From NCBI RefSeq assembly GCF_038025025.1, contig NW_027117343.1, positions 434,001-498,000 on the forward strand: a DNA stretch of 64,000 nt. Reading direction: 5' to 3'. The translations under genes were made by a program, and so were the position numbers. Shown piece by piece: positions 48,925 to 62,394 of the stretch. Position 1 is the stretch's first letter; each line of letters starts with the position of its first letter. Origin of the DNA: Phyllosticta citribraziliensis (Eukaryota). The notes beneath the pieces were generated by a model, which was not told where the DNA came from, searched no databases, and worked only from the letters and a program-made list of their open reading frames with translations.

Positions 48925-49828
48925 GAATCTGACGATAGTCGCTCATCACTGCCTCTTCCAAATACCAGAACGTTCGTGTCCGAGGCATGTTCCGGTAGCC
49001 TTGAAGCATACTTAACCGAAACATTAAAAAAGGCATACCTCGACGTCTTGACATTGATCCAGGTCGTGTGCCCAGACTGCTTCCCCACGTCTTGGCACCC
49101 ACTTGTCCCGTTTGGCGGGCCAAATTTGTGGAGAGCGGAGCCATCGATTGACATGGAGATCCGGGGTCGGGACAATTCCTGCAGCTCGCAGCATGATTGT
49201 CCGAATGCAGACTGCCAAGTCGCAGCGCGTTCCCAAGCCCACACAAGCTCCCAAGTCGTCTTATGCGCGCGCTTCTCAGCGACAAGAGCGGCGGAGCTCC
49301 GCTGTACGCCAAATCAAGCCGCGGCCAAGGAGGTCTCCAAGTGCCACAAACCCAGTGGACGCTTGGCAGCGGACGCCCCATGCAACGTTGACCGGATCTG
49401 TAGTCTGGCATCGCGACTACCCGTGACCGCGATGCCTCGCTGGCGACGTCGTACCCCGTTGGATTGGCCCAGCTCAGCCCTACACCCCCGCAAAGTGGGC
49501 GAGATAGGACAACTTAGCCGGCCGCGTCGGCCATGCCCGAGGGGTGCACGAGTCGGATCACAGCCTGCTTTGGGGTAACGACGGGAGCTACTCTGCTGCC
49601 CTCGTGTGGCTCCACCGGCGACGAAAATTGCACGGCAGGAGGGGAGGGAGGGCGCGTGAATTATGGACTCTCCCGCGCGCAGACTTTCGCCTCCGCTGGC
49701 CTAGCGAGGGTCCAGCGAAGGGATATTTAAACTTGCCGCACCACCTCTCCTCGTTTTGAGCCAGCAGTGCAATCTCGTTTTCTTGCACCGTCCCGTCAAT
49801 TCCTCGAGTCCATCCCCGGAGCGCCATA

Positions 49829-51699
49829 ATGAGGATCGATGAAATCTGGAAGAAGGGCCTGGAGGATGTTCCCAGGGAGGCGCTCAATTGGCGTCTGTGG
49901 TATGGTGTCTTTGGTTAGTGTCACTACCTTCCACGTGGATACCCTGAAATAATCAACTAACGCTGGACAGTCTTTGGTTTCATGGGTGCGGCTCGTGGCC
50001 TTGATGAGGGTCTGTCGGGCACCACTGTGGAGCAAATATCTTTCATGCACAAGTTCGGCCTCGACGATGCTGCCCTCAGCGAAACCACACAGGCGGACAA
50101 GATCTCCAACATTACTTCCATGGTCCAGCTCGGTTCAATTCTGGGCGCCATCATCGCCTTCTTTATCACTGATAGGCTCGGTCGTCTGTGGGCCACGAGG
50201 CAATTGTGTCTCGTGTGGGTCACTGGCATCTCCATCTACCTAGGAGCCTCCCGCAGCGGTAGCATTGGAATGGTATATGCCGGCCGCTTCATTGCTGGTG
50301 TTGGCATTGGACAAACAACAGTTGTTGCACCGACGTATCTTGCTGAGATTTCGCTCCCGCCTCTTAGGGGTGCTTGCGTGTGCGCATTTGCTGGCTCGGT
50401 GTATCTGGGAATCATGCTGTAAGTCTACTTTCGAACCCAATGCCTCTGACTATGCTGACATTCGTCTGCAGTGGCTACTTTGCCTCCTGGGGCTCTAGTA
50501 TCAATATTGGCGACACCAACCAAGCGCAATGGGTCGTGCCCAACTCGCTGCACCTGATGTTCGCGGCCATCATCTTCTTCTTGTCCTTCTTCGCCATCGA
50601 ATCTCCACGATGGCTTATCAAGGTCAAGCAACACGAGAAAGCGTCGCGCAACATGAGCAGACTGAGGAATCTTCCGGAGGACCACCCATACGTAAGATGC
50701 CATCCCCTTCAAACACTCAACCTTTATATTGATATGTCTAAAGGTACAAGCCGAAATCGCCGCAATCGTAGGGCAGATTGAAAGTGAGGCCGAAGCGACC
50801 ATGGGCACATCCTGGACTGGACCGCTGCGTGAGCTGTTCATGCTTCCAGCCAACCGCTACCGCCTTATGCTGTCTATCATGTCACAGCTCCTGTCCCAGT
50901 GGAGCGGCGCCAACAGCATCACTATTTACGCACCAAACTACTTCCGCATGATGGGTGTGACGGGGCAGTCGGAGAAGTTGTTCGCCACGGTACTTATTCC
51001 TCCCCCACCTCTCCCCTCTTGATCTCGCCATACTAACCTCAATGTCAGGCCATCTTTGGCATCGTCAAATTCATAAGTGCTCTTCTCTGTGCACTGTTCC
51101 TCGTGGACTTCATCGGACGCAAAAAGTCTCTCGGTATTGGCATCACGCTACAACTGGTATCGATGCTGTACATGGCACTATTCCTCGCCATCGACGACGG
51201 CGCGTCGGAGAAGGGCGTCCCGCAATCGTCGTCCCAAAAGCACGCCGCCCTCGGCGCAATCGTCTTTATCTACTTCAGCGGCTTCGGCTGGGCGCTGGGC
51301 TGGAACAGCGTGCAATATCTGATAAACTCGGAGATCTACCCCCTTCGTCTCCGTGCGATAGGAGGAAGTATCGCCATGACGACTCACTTTGTCAACCAGT
51401 ACGGCAACAGCAAGGCCGTGCCGTCCATGTTCGGCTCCATGGGCAACGCAGGCACCATGTTCTTCTTCGTGGCTGTCACGGCGATTGGCCTCGTGTGGGT
51501 CTACTTCTTCCTCCCTGAAACCAGTAAACTCAGTCTTGAGGGCCTGGACCGTCTGTTTGAGCTGCACTGGTGGCGCATTGGTCGCAATGGGCGGACCTTT
51601 GCGCAGATGGACGACGCCGAGTTGGTCGAGGCGGCACGCCAGGAGAAGGGTGCTGTGGAGACGGTCGAGAGAGTTCCGACGGAAAGGGGCGACGTTTGA
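49829..51699 (+). CDS. MFS sugar porter family transporter, quinate-permease-like (5 exons)
   Basis: ATG at 49829 (MRIDEIWKK...LNWRLW), GAARGLDEG, DRLGR, YLAEIS, IESPRWL, QWSGANSITIYAP, SEIYPLRLR and PET. Confidence 0.93.
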
Positions 51700-53171
51700 T
51701 TTTGTCGATGAAGGGATATTGGCGATGACCAAGGTTGGAGATTGATGATGATGTTATGACCGTATTTAGTACCATACCAACATCAAACTGTAAAGACTTC
51801 TATTACAAGAGCGGAAAGTAGATAGTGCGGATACACGTAGTCGACAAAAATGGTGGAAAGTAGGCCGTTTGCCTATTCAGGAATCATCCGCGCGACGCAC
51901 CATCTACTGCTCTCGCTCTCCACCTGAACCCGTCCAATTGAGTGCATGCTCCTTGTATCCCGCTCTCCCATGAGATCAATCACGTCGGCCCCCTTCGCAT
52001 GCCAGTTTACGCAAGAGTCTCGCGAATCCCACCACCACTCGCACGCCCTCCTACATCTCCCGACCTCACAACACTCCTCCCCCGAACCCCTGCAACCAGC
52101 CCCAAACAGACTAATCACACGACGCGCCTTTCTCCACGGACAAACCGACGCCAGGACAAGGTTTCCCCACAATCGGACAGAGTTGGCTCGCTTCAGCGTC
52201 GGATACTTCCGATCTTCCCTGCCACTCACGCTTTACTTTATCTCAAATGTGCTGGCCCGGCTGCAGCTGGCTCGTCTCGCGGCAGTTTGCCGCATCTCGT
52301 GTCGGGTGGAATGTGCCCCGTGTCGAGCCGGTTTGAATGGCCCGGTCGCGAGCAAGGTACGCTTCTCTTGCCGTTGCCATTTCTGTTTCACGCTCTCTCG
52401 TCCTGCCGTCCACTGTCGTCTCGTCTCGCACACCACCCACCACCGGACCATCATTATGGATTCCAGCTGCCGCCGCGTATCCGGGCGGGCGCACAGCGGC
52501 GCACAGCGGCACAGTGGCGCAGCAGCTCAGCCAAGATGCTTTTCCGAGAGGCGGCGGCATTGGCAGCGTTGGCGACGAGGGCGCGGCAGCGGCAGCGGCT
52601 TGAAGGATTGCCGCACGGAAGGAGCAGTGAGCTACTGCAGGTACGGACCGACCGACGTGTTGACGCGCATGCGTGCGTGCGTGCGTCAGAGATTAGTTCG
52701 TGGCATGCCATGGCATGGCGTTGCCTTGGGCCTGGGCGCCGAGGGATGTGCGTTGGTTGGTCTTCTTGTGCTGTTTCAGTGGAGCGTATGGCTGTTTGAG
52801 TGCTTTGCGAAGGGACTGAGAGAGGGATCACTGGGACTGGCGGCGCTGGGGGGTGCGGGTATGGTTGGTGAGGGGTGGATCTAGAGGCATTGCGATGCTG
52901 CCGCACGTGGGTACCGGTAGGGCTGAGGTGAGTGTAGACCGGGCGCCGCGTACAAGGAGCGTTTATGCAGAGTGTTTCTCATAGAAATCGACTGGAGAGT
53001 GGAAAACAGCAGAGTGTCTGTGAGGCAGGGGGTGATGTGGTTCGTGAACTGACAAGATGGTTGATTTGCCGCATTCGATGCTGGATGAAGGACACTATAA
53101 ATGCAAACCACACAAAGGCGCACCAGAGCAATGCATGCAAGCAGCACAAACCGCGTCCCAGTCCTCCTCGC

Positions 53172-55136
53172 TCACATCCTGAAGACGCCCCAACGAGCTC
53201 TGTCCTCCCTATCCACGCGCATCTCCGCGTTGACACCGCCCATGGCCACCTCTAGCGCAACGCCGAGATAGTGTCTGGTCATCTCGGGTCGAATGACGCC
53301 GTCATCCCAGCCCCTGGCCGTGCCAAACAGCACCTCGCTCTCATGCTCGATGCGCTGACGCAGCCCCTCGTCGCGCTTCCCCACGCTCTCCATGACGCTG
53401 GCCAGCTGCTCGGCGCCCATGACTGACGTCTTTGCATTCGGCCACGTCCACAAGAAGCGTGGACCGTACGCCCTCCCACACATACCGTAATTGCCAGCAC
53501 CAGCACTGGCACCCACGACGACGGTGAACTTGGGAACGCGCGCCGTCGAGACGGCCGTGACGAGCTTGGCGCCGTTTTTGGCGATGCCGCCGCGCTCGGC
53601 GGCCGCGCCGACCATGAAGCCCGAGATGTTTTGCAGGAAGAGCAACGGGATGCCGCGCTTTTCGCACAGCTGGATGAAGTGCGCGCCCTTGAGCGAGGCT
53701 TCGGAGAAGAGGATGCCGTCGTTGGCCAGGATGCCGACGCGGTGCCCGTGGATGTGCGCGAAGCCCGTCACCAGCGTCGTGCCGTAGAGCGGCTTGAATT
53801 CGGAGAAGACACTGCCGTCGACGACGCGCGCGATGATGTCGCGGGCGGGCACGGGGAGCCGTGGGTTGGTGCCGACGATGCCAGGGAGTTCCAGGGGGTC
53901 GTATAGGGGTTCGTCGAAGGACTTGGTTGTAGGAGATGGCGATGGCGATGCGGACTTGGGGTAGTTGAGGTTGGAGATGCAACGGCGGGCAAGGACCAAA
54001 GCGTGCGCGTCGTCAACGGCCAGGTAATCAGTGACGCCCGAAACCTCGCTGTGAAGCTGACCGCCACCAAGATCTTCGTGGCTGACGACCTCTCCCGTTG
54101 CAGCTTTGACAAGCGGAGGCCCAGCGAGGAAAATGTGGCCTTGTTTGGCTACAATGATGGACTCGTCGGACATGCTGGGCACGTAGGCTCCACCAGCCGT
54201 GCAAGGACCCATGACAACACTAATTTGTGGAATGCCCATGGCAGACACTGAGACAGTCAGCGAGGACTTTGTAGAATTTTGACACGATATGGACCCACTG
54301 TTTGCCTGATTGTAGAATATTCGTCCAAAGTGCTCCTTGTCCGGAAACACATCAGCTTGGTGCGGAAGATTCGCGCCGCCAGAATCAACAAGATAAATGC
54401 AAGGTAGTCCTATGCCAAGTCAATTACCCCCTTCGAGAAACAAGCCATACTCACTGTTTTCCTGCGCAATAGCTTGCGCTCTCAAATGCTTCTTGACCGT
54501 AATCGGATAATACGTCCCGCCCTTGACACTTTGCGCCATCAGCTATATTCGCTTCCGTCTTTTCCAAAACAAGAGTAACACCTACGTGCTATCATTTGCC
54601 ACAACGACACACCAAACCCCCTCAACCCTCGCCAGTCCTGTTACGATCCCGCCCGCCGGCACCTCTTCCCCCTCGTACACGCCCTCTCCCGCCAACGCGC
54701 TCAGCTCCAGAAACGGCGTTCCTGGATCAACCAATGCAGTGATGCGATCCCGCACGAGCATCTTTCCCCTCTCGACATGTTTTGTGCGTGCCCTTTCAGG
54801 GCCTCCGAGGGAAACCTTTTGGTGCAGGGTCGAAATGTGGTCTTGAAGGGCAGCGAAGGCGGCGGCGTTGGATTGGAAGGGTTCGGAGCTTGGATCCACA
54901 TTGTTTGGTAGGACGGAGAGCGCGGACGCGTGGGAGTGCGGCGTATATGTTGCGACTGTGCGGGATGGCAGTATTGACGGCAACGCTGCTGGTTGTTCTC
55001 GACCATGCGGCTGGGTACTTCGGAAGGGCGAGGGATGGGAGGGGCGACGGCCGGCGTGAACGGCTCGTGTCCATACGACAGAGCTGCTACGGTGGGTCCA
55101 GCGGAGCGGGGGACGAGATATCGAAGCCATTGGCAT
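53172..55136 (-). CDS. mccB: Methylcrotonoyl-CoA carboxylase beta (carboxyltransferase) subunit
   Basis: Mitochondrial-type leader, [45 protein letters not shown] and [12 protein letters not shown]. Three short introns. Confidence 0.95.
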
Positions 55137-55420
55137 GGTGGTGTGGTGAAATCATGAAGAAGTGCGAGACGGAGGGAGGTCTTGAGCTGAGCAAGGCGGA
55201 GGTGAGCTGTTGGAGCTTGGGCCGAGCCTAGCCGAAGATCCCTGTGCGGGGCCCCGGATCGGCTCGGTCAGGTCCTGTCCAACATCAAGGATACGAAAAC
55301 GGTTTGCGCTTGGCAGACCAGCATTCTGATTTGCTTTGTATAAACATGAAAGTTCTGGTGATTCATTCACCAATCTTGTCTTGAAACCTTCAAAACTAGT
55401 GGAAAGGCACATCGTCCCGT

Positions 55421-57055
55421 CTAATCCAGTTCCCGCCCCTGGGGATTTCTCATGGGGGCCCATGACCAGCCGTAGTCGAACGTACAATACGGTCCTCCAC
55501 CAACATCCCTCAGCCAGTGAATCGTATCCGCAATCTTTCTATGCTCCATTTCCTTTTCTAGCCACCTGCGCACCTGAACAGCCGACTCTTGACTCTTGAG
55601 AGGACTTTCCGGCAACTTCTTTGCCTCGTCGCTTCTCAAGTAACCCAACAACTCGCATCCTAGCAGTCCAGCGGGGAGCTGCCGCACCGAGTCAACGTCT
55701 CGTGGGATCCAACCTTGGTAGCAGTTGATGTAGGAAACCTGCCGCCAACTCGTCGTCCAGCTCGGCCCACAGGGTCCTTGTTTGACTTCCCAGGAATCTT
55801 CGCCTTCGAATGGCCTCCTACCTGGCGCGTTGAGTATCCGCTCGTATCGGTCAGGGTAGCCCCACGTGAGTGCCGGAAGCCATTCGCAGCCGGAAACGTC
55901 GAGCCATCGAAGACAATATGTGTTCTGAGAGAGGCGTCGAAGAATGTTGGCAGCTTCGTGCCAGTCATTGTCTAGGTCCGAATAAAAGTGACGACCGCCA
56001 GCTTGCACTCGACCATGGCTGGATGAAATTGATGAAGTTGTAGCGTTGGGAGTCAGCGTCGGCGTCGACCAGTACGCCAAGGACAAATGCGTCAATGTTT
56101 GCAAATGTGTCGACAAGGACAGAAGTTGTGCCCAAGAACTCGTCTGAGGATGTGCAAGCGACAAGTGTGTCAGACATGGAAATCGGGCATTCTTCAAGTT
56201 TTGCGGGATTTGCGGTGCCCCTGACTCGGCGGCCTCCTCCCAAGATTCCGCAATGCCATCCGATATGTCGAGGCGGTCCAAGGCCACGGCGGGGTCGTCC
56301 TTTTTTGAGCTTGTCGGTCGAGTTATGAATCTTGTCAAATCTGCAAGGGACAAGCGATCACCGACAAAGGTGGTTAGGTCCAAATGTTTGAGCTCGTCGC
56401 TGCCAGTGCCGCCCAGCACCTCATCCTCATCCTTGAACAGGACTTTTAAAGTCCCGAGTCCAATCCCGCTGGCGGGGCCATGTACAGCAATGTAAGTCAA
56501 CAGCATGTCCTTGAGGGGAATCGGAAGCGTTGCCAGGTAATGTTGCTCGTATTCGACAATCCAATCCCAATTCCGAGCAAGAGTCTTGAGGGTCAAATCG
56601 ACCAGACTCCTTGACTCGGGCAAGCGTTCAGGCCAAAATGCGGGTGCCTGCCCAGAGCGCGAGACCGACTTGGAGGCCTCCCCTTGCTCCAGCTCTTCGC
56701 GATCGGAGCTCTTTTCTAGCCAACTCTGCGGGGGCGCAGGGCCAGGGACGCGCCTCCCATTTGAAAGTCTCGCAGGACTATGCACCCTTGGACCGGCGAC
56801 GGCAGGTAGGTTGAGGAGTTGTCTCACGGCCGGATGGAGCGCCGGTTGACTGAGACCCTCGGCCAGCTCATTGCGCTGCTGGGTGCCCGCCTTGGGGGCT
56901 TGTTCGCGACGTAGCTGGTTCAGCCGTTCATTTACGCTTCGGGGAGTTGAAGGACCAGCTTGAGAAGCTCCAGAGCTGGATGGACGCGATGAGGCCAGCG
57001 AGGGATGCACGTAACTTGGCTTGGAATTGAACGTGGACTGCCGCTTCTTGGGCAT
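55421..57055 (-). CDS. Hypothetical protein with LRR/RNI-like segments
   Basis: Long intronless frame from MPKKRQ. Repeated LKHLDL, LTHLSLA (x2) and LRWLDVSGC segments, plus SLVDLTLKTLA. Confidence 0.8.
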   Translation of the reverse strand: MPKKRQSTFNSKPSYVHPSLASSRPSSSGASQAGPSTPRSVNERLNQLRREQAPKAGTQQRNELAEGLSQPALHPAVRQLLNLPAVAGPRVHSPARLSNGRRVPGPAPPQSWLEKSSDREELEQGEASKSVSRSGQAPAFWPERLPESRSLVDLTLKTLARNWDWIVEYEQHYLATLPIPLKDMLLTYIAVHGPASGIGLGTLKVLFKDEDEVLGGTGSDELKHLDLTTFVGDRLSLADLTRFITRPTSSKKDDPAVALDRLDISDGIAESWEEAAESGAPQIPQNLKNARFPCLTHLSLAHPQTSSWAQLLSLSTHLQTLTHLSLAYWSTPTLTPNATTSSISSSHGRVQAGGRHFYSDLDNDWHEAANILRRLSQNTYCLRWLDVSGCEWLPALTWGYPDRYERILNAPGRRPFEGEDSWEVKQGPCGPSWTTSWRQVSYINCYQGWIPRDVDSVRQLPAGLLGCELLGYLRSDEAKKLPESPLKSQESAVQVRRWLEKEMEHRKIADTIHWLRDVGGGPYCTFDYGWSWAPMRNPQGRELD

Positions 57056-58342
57056 GGGGCTGGCTTGGAATGTGCGGCGAGGAGGCGGTGCAAAGGTCGA
57101 AAGTTGGCGGGTCCCGGGAGTCTTCGACCTTGCCAACCGTGGTGTAGTGAATATTGGATCGTTGCAAGTCGGGATTACATGTCGAGTGGCGGGTTAGAGA
57201 TGAAGAGGGTAGGTAAGCATCGAGGGCGATGACTGCGATGACGCTTCGGCCAGCTGCTGTCGTTATCTTATCAATCAGCCGAATCAGGAACGATCGGGGC
57301 AGAGTTGTGCGTGAGGACGAGACGGAGTTCAGAACATCAGTACATACTACTGTAGATGTATTATAATTAGCATGACAGACCATCCTACTTGACTCGATGA
57401 TGCAAAATGTCTGGGTCTCTTTTGCCACTTTCACGCATCTTCCAACAAGAGCAAGAAGATTGACTCCTGGTCATCAACGGCAGTTGACACCACACGTTCG
57501 CCCTTTGCCATGATGATCAAGTCATGAAGTCAACCATTGATTTGTCCTGCTTTCAGATTGCCTGATGGAATTGCATGGTGGCTGCATGCAGCTGCGCCCA
57601 AAACATGTCTCGAAGATGGAAAACACTCGGGTTCATGTGAACAATGATTTGATCAATAGAGGTAGGTATGCTCAAAGACTGCTGTCTCCGCATGCTGTGC
57701 AACCGGGGCTGTCTCCGGACAGAATCAACGCCACGGGCAGCACGGCCATAGGCTAGAGGTCGTGAGAGAGAAAACCGGCATGCCGCGGAATGGCATTGGG
57801 CGTTTTCAATTGGACCAGGTAACGAACGTTGACAGGCACGATAACCCCCGTCTCGGCGTGGCGTATCATCGAAGAGACGGTCGTCCATGGATGTATTCGT
57901 AGTAGTCGGAGATTGCTTGGACTGGATGCAGTGGGTCTTGGGCTTGACGGGCAGCAGCCCCGCCGGACTCCCGATTGCGGCCAGAGGCCTTGCAGAAGTC
58001 GAGGCGAGGCGCGTGCTCGCTGCGGTGCCGTACGGGTCGACATGTCCAGCCAGTATAGGAGACGCAGAGCTGATGTGGTGTAGAGTACCTTGCCGGGCCT
58101 AGGTAATGTAATCCATCCACCGACGGCCAACCAAACAAGACAGAGCGAGTCCCAGTCCCAGTCCAAGTCCAAGCAAGCAGCCTCGGCTTTCCAACTCAAC
58201 ACCAACATCTCTCTGGAGCTTGCTGCGTCTCCTTTCCCCCCACTTCCTCTCCGTCGCTCCATCGGAATGATCTGAGCCAACGCTGAGCTCGCTGCTGCGC
58301 CGACGCTGCTCGAGCCACTGTCCACCCTCCCCTCTCCCTCCG

Positions 58343-60829
58343 ATGCCACCATTCAAGCTGCGCCTGGCGGAAAGCGTGCGGCACAAGCTCAGTCGTAGAG
58401 GCTCGACGGCCTCGCAGTCGTGCGAGCCCGACGTTGCGACGCCCCCGACGCCAGCCCCGACCAAGCTGTCAGCCGGACTAGCACCGCCAACCCCCAGCAG
58501 CCCGCACCACCCTCGCTCGCGCACCGCTGGCCTCGTGCTCGACGGACGCCGCATCTCTCCCAGCCCCCACCGCTCTCATCGCCGCGACGGCTCGACTTCT
58601 TCAATCGCCAACAAGGCGACGCAACTTTCGCTGCCCATTTTGGCCCAGTCAGAGTCCGAGACGCGCAGCGACGGGCCCGTCCAATTGCGACACCCCTCCG
58701 CTGAAACGATCGCCAGCCGGTCCGAAAGCTTGGCCTCAAACCATCACCAACCGCTTCCGTTCGCGCAACAAGACGTCAACGTCGTCAACCGAACCACGAC
58801 CGCTCCCATTGTCGCCCTCGAGGAGCCCACTCCCACGGCCTCCGATCAGCCTCCCGCTGCAGACCCTGGCGCCGACGACTCCAACCCTCTCGAAACCGCC
58901 GACGACGCGCTACCGCTGCCCACGCCCGACGCTTTGTTGCCCAGATCCCGCCCTCAAGCCGTCCGGCGCCAGAGCCTCGTCCACAACTCGAATGCCCGTC
59001 TGATCAAGACCCTGCTCGACCCTGCCCAACCCACTCGTCAAGACGACTACTTTGTCAAGGACCCCGCCGCGACCCTTAGCGCCAACATGATTCACCGCAA
59101 AATCTGGGTGAGGCGACCAGGCGCGTCGGCCACTCTGGTCCAGGTCAGGGAGGACGACCTGGTCGACGACGTGCGCGACGTCATACTTGGAAAATACAAA
59201 AACTCGCTGGGCAAGAGCTTCGATGCGCCAGACGTCACGCTGCGCATTGTGCCCCGCGACGCTGCGGCAAAACACAACGAGAGGACCTTGGGCCCCGAGG
59301 AGGAAATGTGCCGCACCCTCGACGCCTATTTCCCTGGTGGCCAGACGGTCGACGAGGCCCTGATAATAGATGTGCCGCAGAGGAGGACCCCGAAGCCATC
59401 GCCTCGGCATGGATACCCGCCGCACGCCAGCCACTACTATGACGAACAACACCGGCCCGTCGAGAATGGAACCGAATATTTCCCCCCGATGCCAGTCAAC
59501 CTGGGTGTCCCTTCCCCAGGCTCGCTGACTTCGCTGTCACATGAGAGCCGCCAATCGCACGCAGCGCAAGAACGGGACCGATCCATCGCCGTGCTCACCA
59601 CTGGTCAGGTGCCTCCTCTTCCTTCACCTGGGACCCGTCGAGGTCACACACACCGTCCCAAGTACCATCGCCATCCCACTTCCTCGCCCACGCAACTGGT
59701 CCACCCTGGAGCCCCCGCCGCATCCTCTCAGCAACTGCCCCCGAGACCTGGAGGCCGACCGCGCCACGACTCGACGGCTTCAGATACCAAACATGCCATC
59801 CCCAATCCTCCGCCACTACCAACGCCCCCTGCCCCCGAAGTAGCACCCGCTGCCAAGGTCGCAACCCCCCCGGCTCCACGTGTGCAGTCCCCTGATCCCC
59901 GAAAGCCGAAAAAGAGCAAGCGCCAAAAGGCCGACAATGTCGACATGCCCAGTCTGCCATCAGGTCTTCTCGACGGCTCAGTTCCACCTATCAACGTGCT
60001 TATCGTCGAGGACAACATTATCAATTTGAAATTGCTCGAAGCGTTTATGAAGCGTCTAAAAGTTCGTTGGCAGACTGCCATGAACGGTCGGGATGCAGTC
60101 ACCAAGTGGCGAGCAGGCGGTTTCCACTTGGTTTTGATGGATATCCAACTTCCAATCATGAGCGGACTGGAAGCGACAAAAGAAATCAGGCGATTGGAAA
60201 GAGTAAACAACATTGGAGTCTTCAGTAATCCATTATCGATGGGAGATAGAAAGAAGAGCGACGATTCTGCAGATGGTTACAGCAGTGGAGTCACAGAAAA
60301 CGACAAATTGCTGCCGGGGGTCGTCTTCAAAAGCCCAGTCATCATCGTGGCTTTGACGGCCAGCTCTTTGCAAAGTGACAGACACGAGGCGCTGGCGGCC
60401 GGGTGCAATGATTTCTTGACAAAGGTGAGGCATTGACTCCCTCAACCCCCTCATTACGAAAACTCTAACTGACTTATCAACCCACAGCCAGTCAACTTTG
60501 TTTGGCTCGAGCGCAAGGTCAAGGAATGGGGCTGCATGCAGGCCCTTATCGACTACGACGGCTGGCGCAAGTGGAAGACCTTCACCGACGACCAGCCGCC
60601 GACCGACACGGCCAAAGCAAAGCTCAAAAAGAAGGCCAACCGCGCATCCATCTCGACTGCGAGGCTCAGCACGGGCACGCCGTCGCCGGCAAATATCTCC
60701 AGCCCGTCGCCAGAACACCAGGCCCTGGCGCAAGCGGGCCAGGCCCCGCCGACGTCGTTATTGGACGGTACTACCGCGGAAGATGTCAACATGGAGAACC
60801 CGGTGGAAGATGGAGTTGTAGCAACGTGA
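58343..60829 (+). CDS. SSK1: Two-component response regulator Ssk1/SskA (HOG pathway)
   Basis: RKIWVRRPGASAT, receiver domain VLIVEDN...VLMDIQLP...VALTAS...FLTK|PV and EWGCMQALIDYDGW. Intron 60425-60487. Confidence 0.96.
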
Positions 60830-62394
60830 TCGGAGCGACGACGGCTGGGCTGAGATGAATGGTTCTGGAATCTTGTTGGGAATTCTTTGGGTGCAAAGCG
60901 CATCGACTGGTGTCCTGCTACAATCGCAGGCACTCGGGAGCCAGCCCGACCATCTTTCCAATGCGGCCATCACGTCAACCTTGATCGAGCACACCTCCCG
61001 GCACCGCTCCTTTCAACATTCAGATCGACAGCATTGTGAGCGACCACGGAGTTTACCTTTTACTGCCTTTATCTTTCTCATACACGTACAAGATTTTTGT
61101 CCCTTCTCTCTTTCTTTCTCCCTTCCTCCCCTTTCCCACGCACTGCGATTCAAGGGTGGGGCGGTGTGGGTCAGTTAGCATTGCATGCATGCCTTTCCTA
61201 AGTCTTCCCTTGAGGGTTTTCATCACACTGGTTGGCGGGTCTGGTCTGGCTTCTGCTGTTTTTTCCTATCCGGCGCTGTAGGTATTGTAAAGCAAAGAGG
61301 CAATCAGCGTGGCGCTTGTTTTTGGGTTGTCTGGGTATCCTTGTTTTCGACTGAGGTTTCCTTGTGTCGTTGTGTTGTTTCGTGCGTGTGGGTGGGCGTT
61401 TTGGACTTTTTGCTCCTTCTTCGTCTTGTGCTCGCGCGCTCGGCTTGGTCGTGGTCTGTTTTCCGGACTGACTTGACTGGCTGATGGGCTTTTGTGCATT
61501 TTTCTGTCGCATCATGCTTTTTCTCTCTCTCTCTCTCTCCTTGTCTTTCACTAATTGCAGAAGTGGAATTGGGGAGCAGTGCGAGTGCGGCGAGGAGTGC
61601 TGCACGAGACGAGATGACCAGCGGTCCTAGTTGGGTCACCAAAAAGGCCGCAGGTCCACACTTGACGGGGTCAGCGACGTGGAGTCAGCAGACACCAGAC
61701 CGACTTGCGCGCGCGGCGGACGGACACAACAGCATACAACATACAGCATACGGGTGGACGTGAATCGAGTTATGGCGACAGACAGACAGACAGGACGGAC
61801 GGGCAAAGCAACAGAGCGCCGAGGAGCGAAGCGAAATAAACGGGTCGATTGAGGGAGAGTGTGTGTGCGGATAGGATGGATAGGATACGTGGTATAGAAC
61901 TTGGATATTCAGATGCAGATGCAAATACGAAGACATCATCTCTGCCGCACGCGTTTGGATTGGCCCTTGTGACTGGTGACGGTGGCTTTTCTGCGTCGTA
62001 TTGTGGTTGCTGCGTGGGCAAGGTGACGTCCGTGCCACTCTCGACACAGCGAGGAAGAGAAAGAGAGGGAGGGAGAGGCAGAAAAGCACTCCCACTTCAA
62101 CCCACCACTCGTCTGCCCATCATTCGCTCCAAATTCACGAGTGCAAGGACACAAGCGCTCTGGGTTTATGGCGTCTAGCTTTCTGCGTTTCCAGACGGGA
62201 AACTAGATAGGGAAAGGAGAAACCACCCTACCAACCCACGTACTAAGCAGACTACTTGACCGTCTCGTCCATCAGCCCCATCCGACCTCCTCCCTGCGAA
62301 GCTGACCCATCACGACCTCATTCATGCTCCACCCGTCCATGCCTCCATCCATCCATCTCCGCATCCCTCCGCATGTCTCAGCAAGCAAGCAAGC

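Noticed and set aside
48976..49578. 200-aa and 231-aa ORFs between the Ldh_2 gene and the transporter
   Set aside because: No motifs; consistent with GC-rich promoter DNA.
51942..52884. Overlapping 285-aa and 312-aa plus-strand ORFs
   Set aside because: Arg/Ala/Cys-rich translations of simple-repeat DNA between convergent genes; no domain features.
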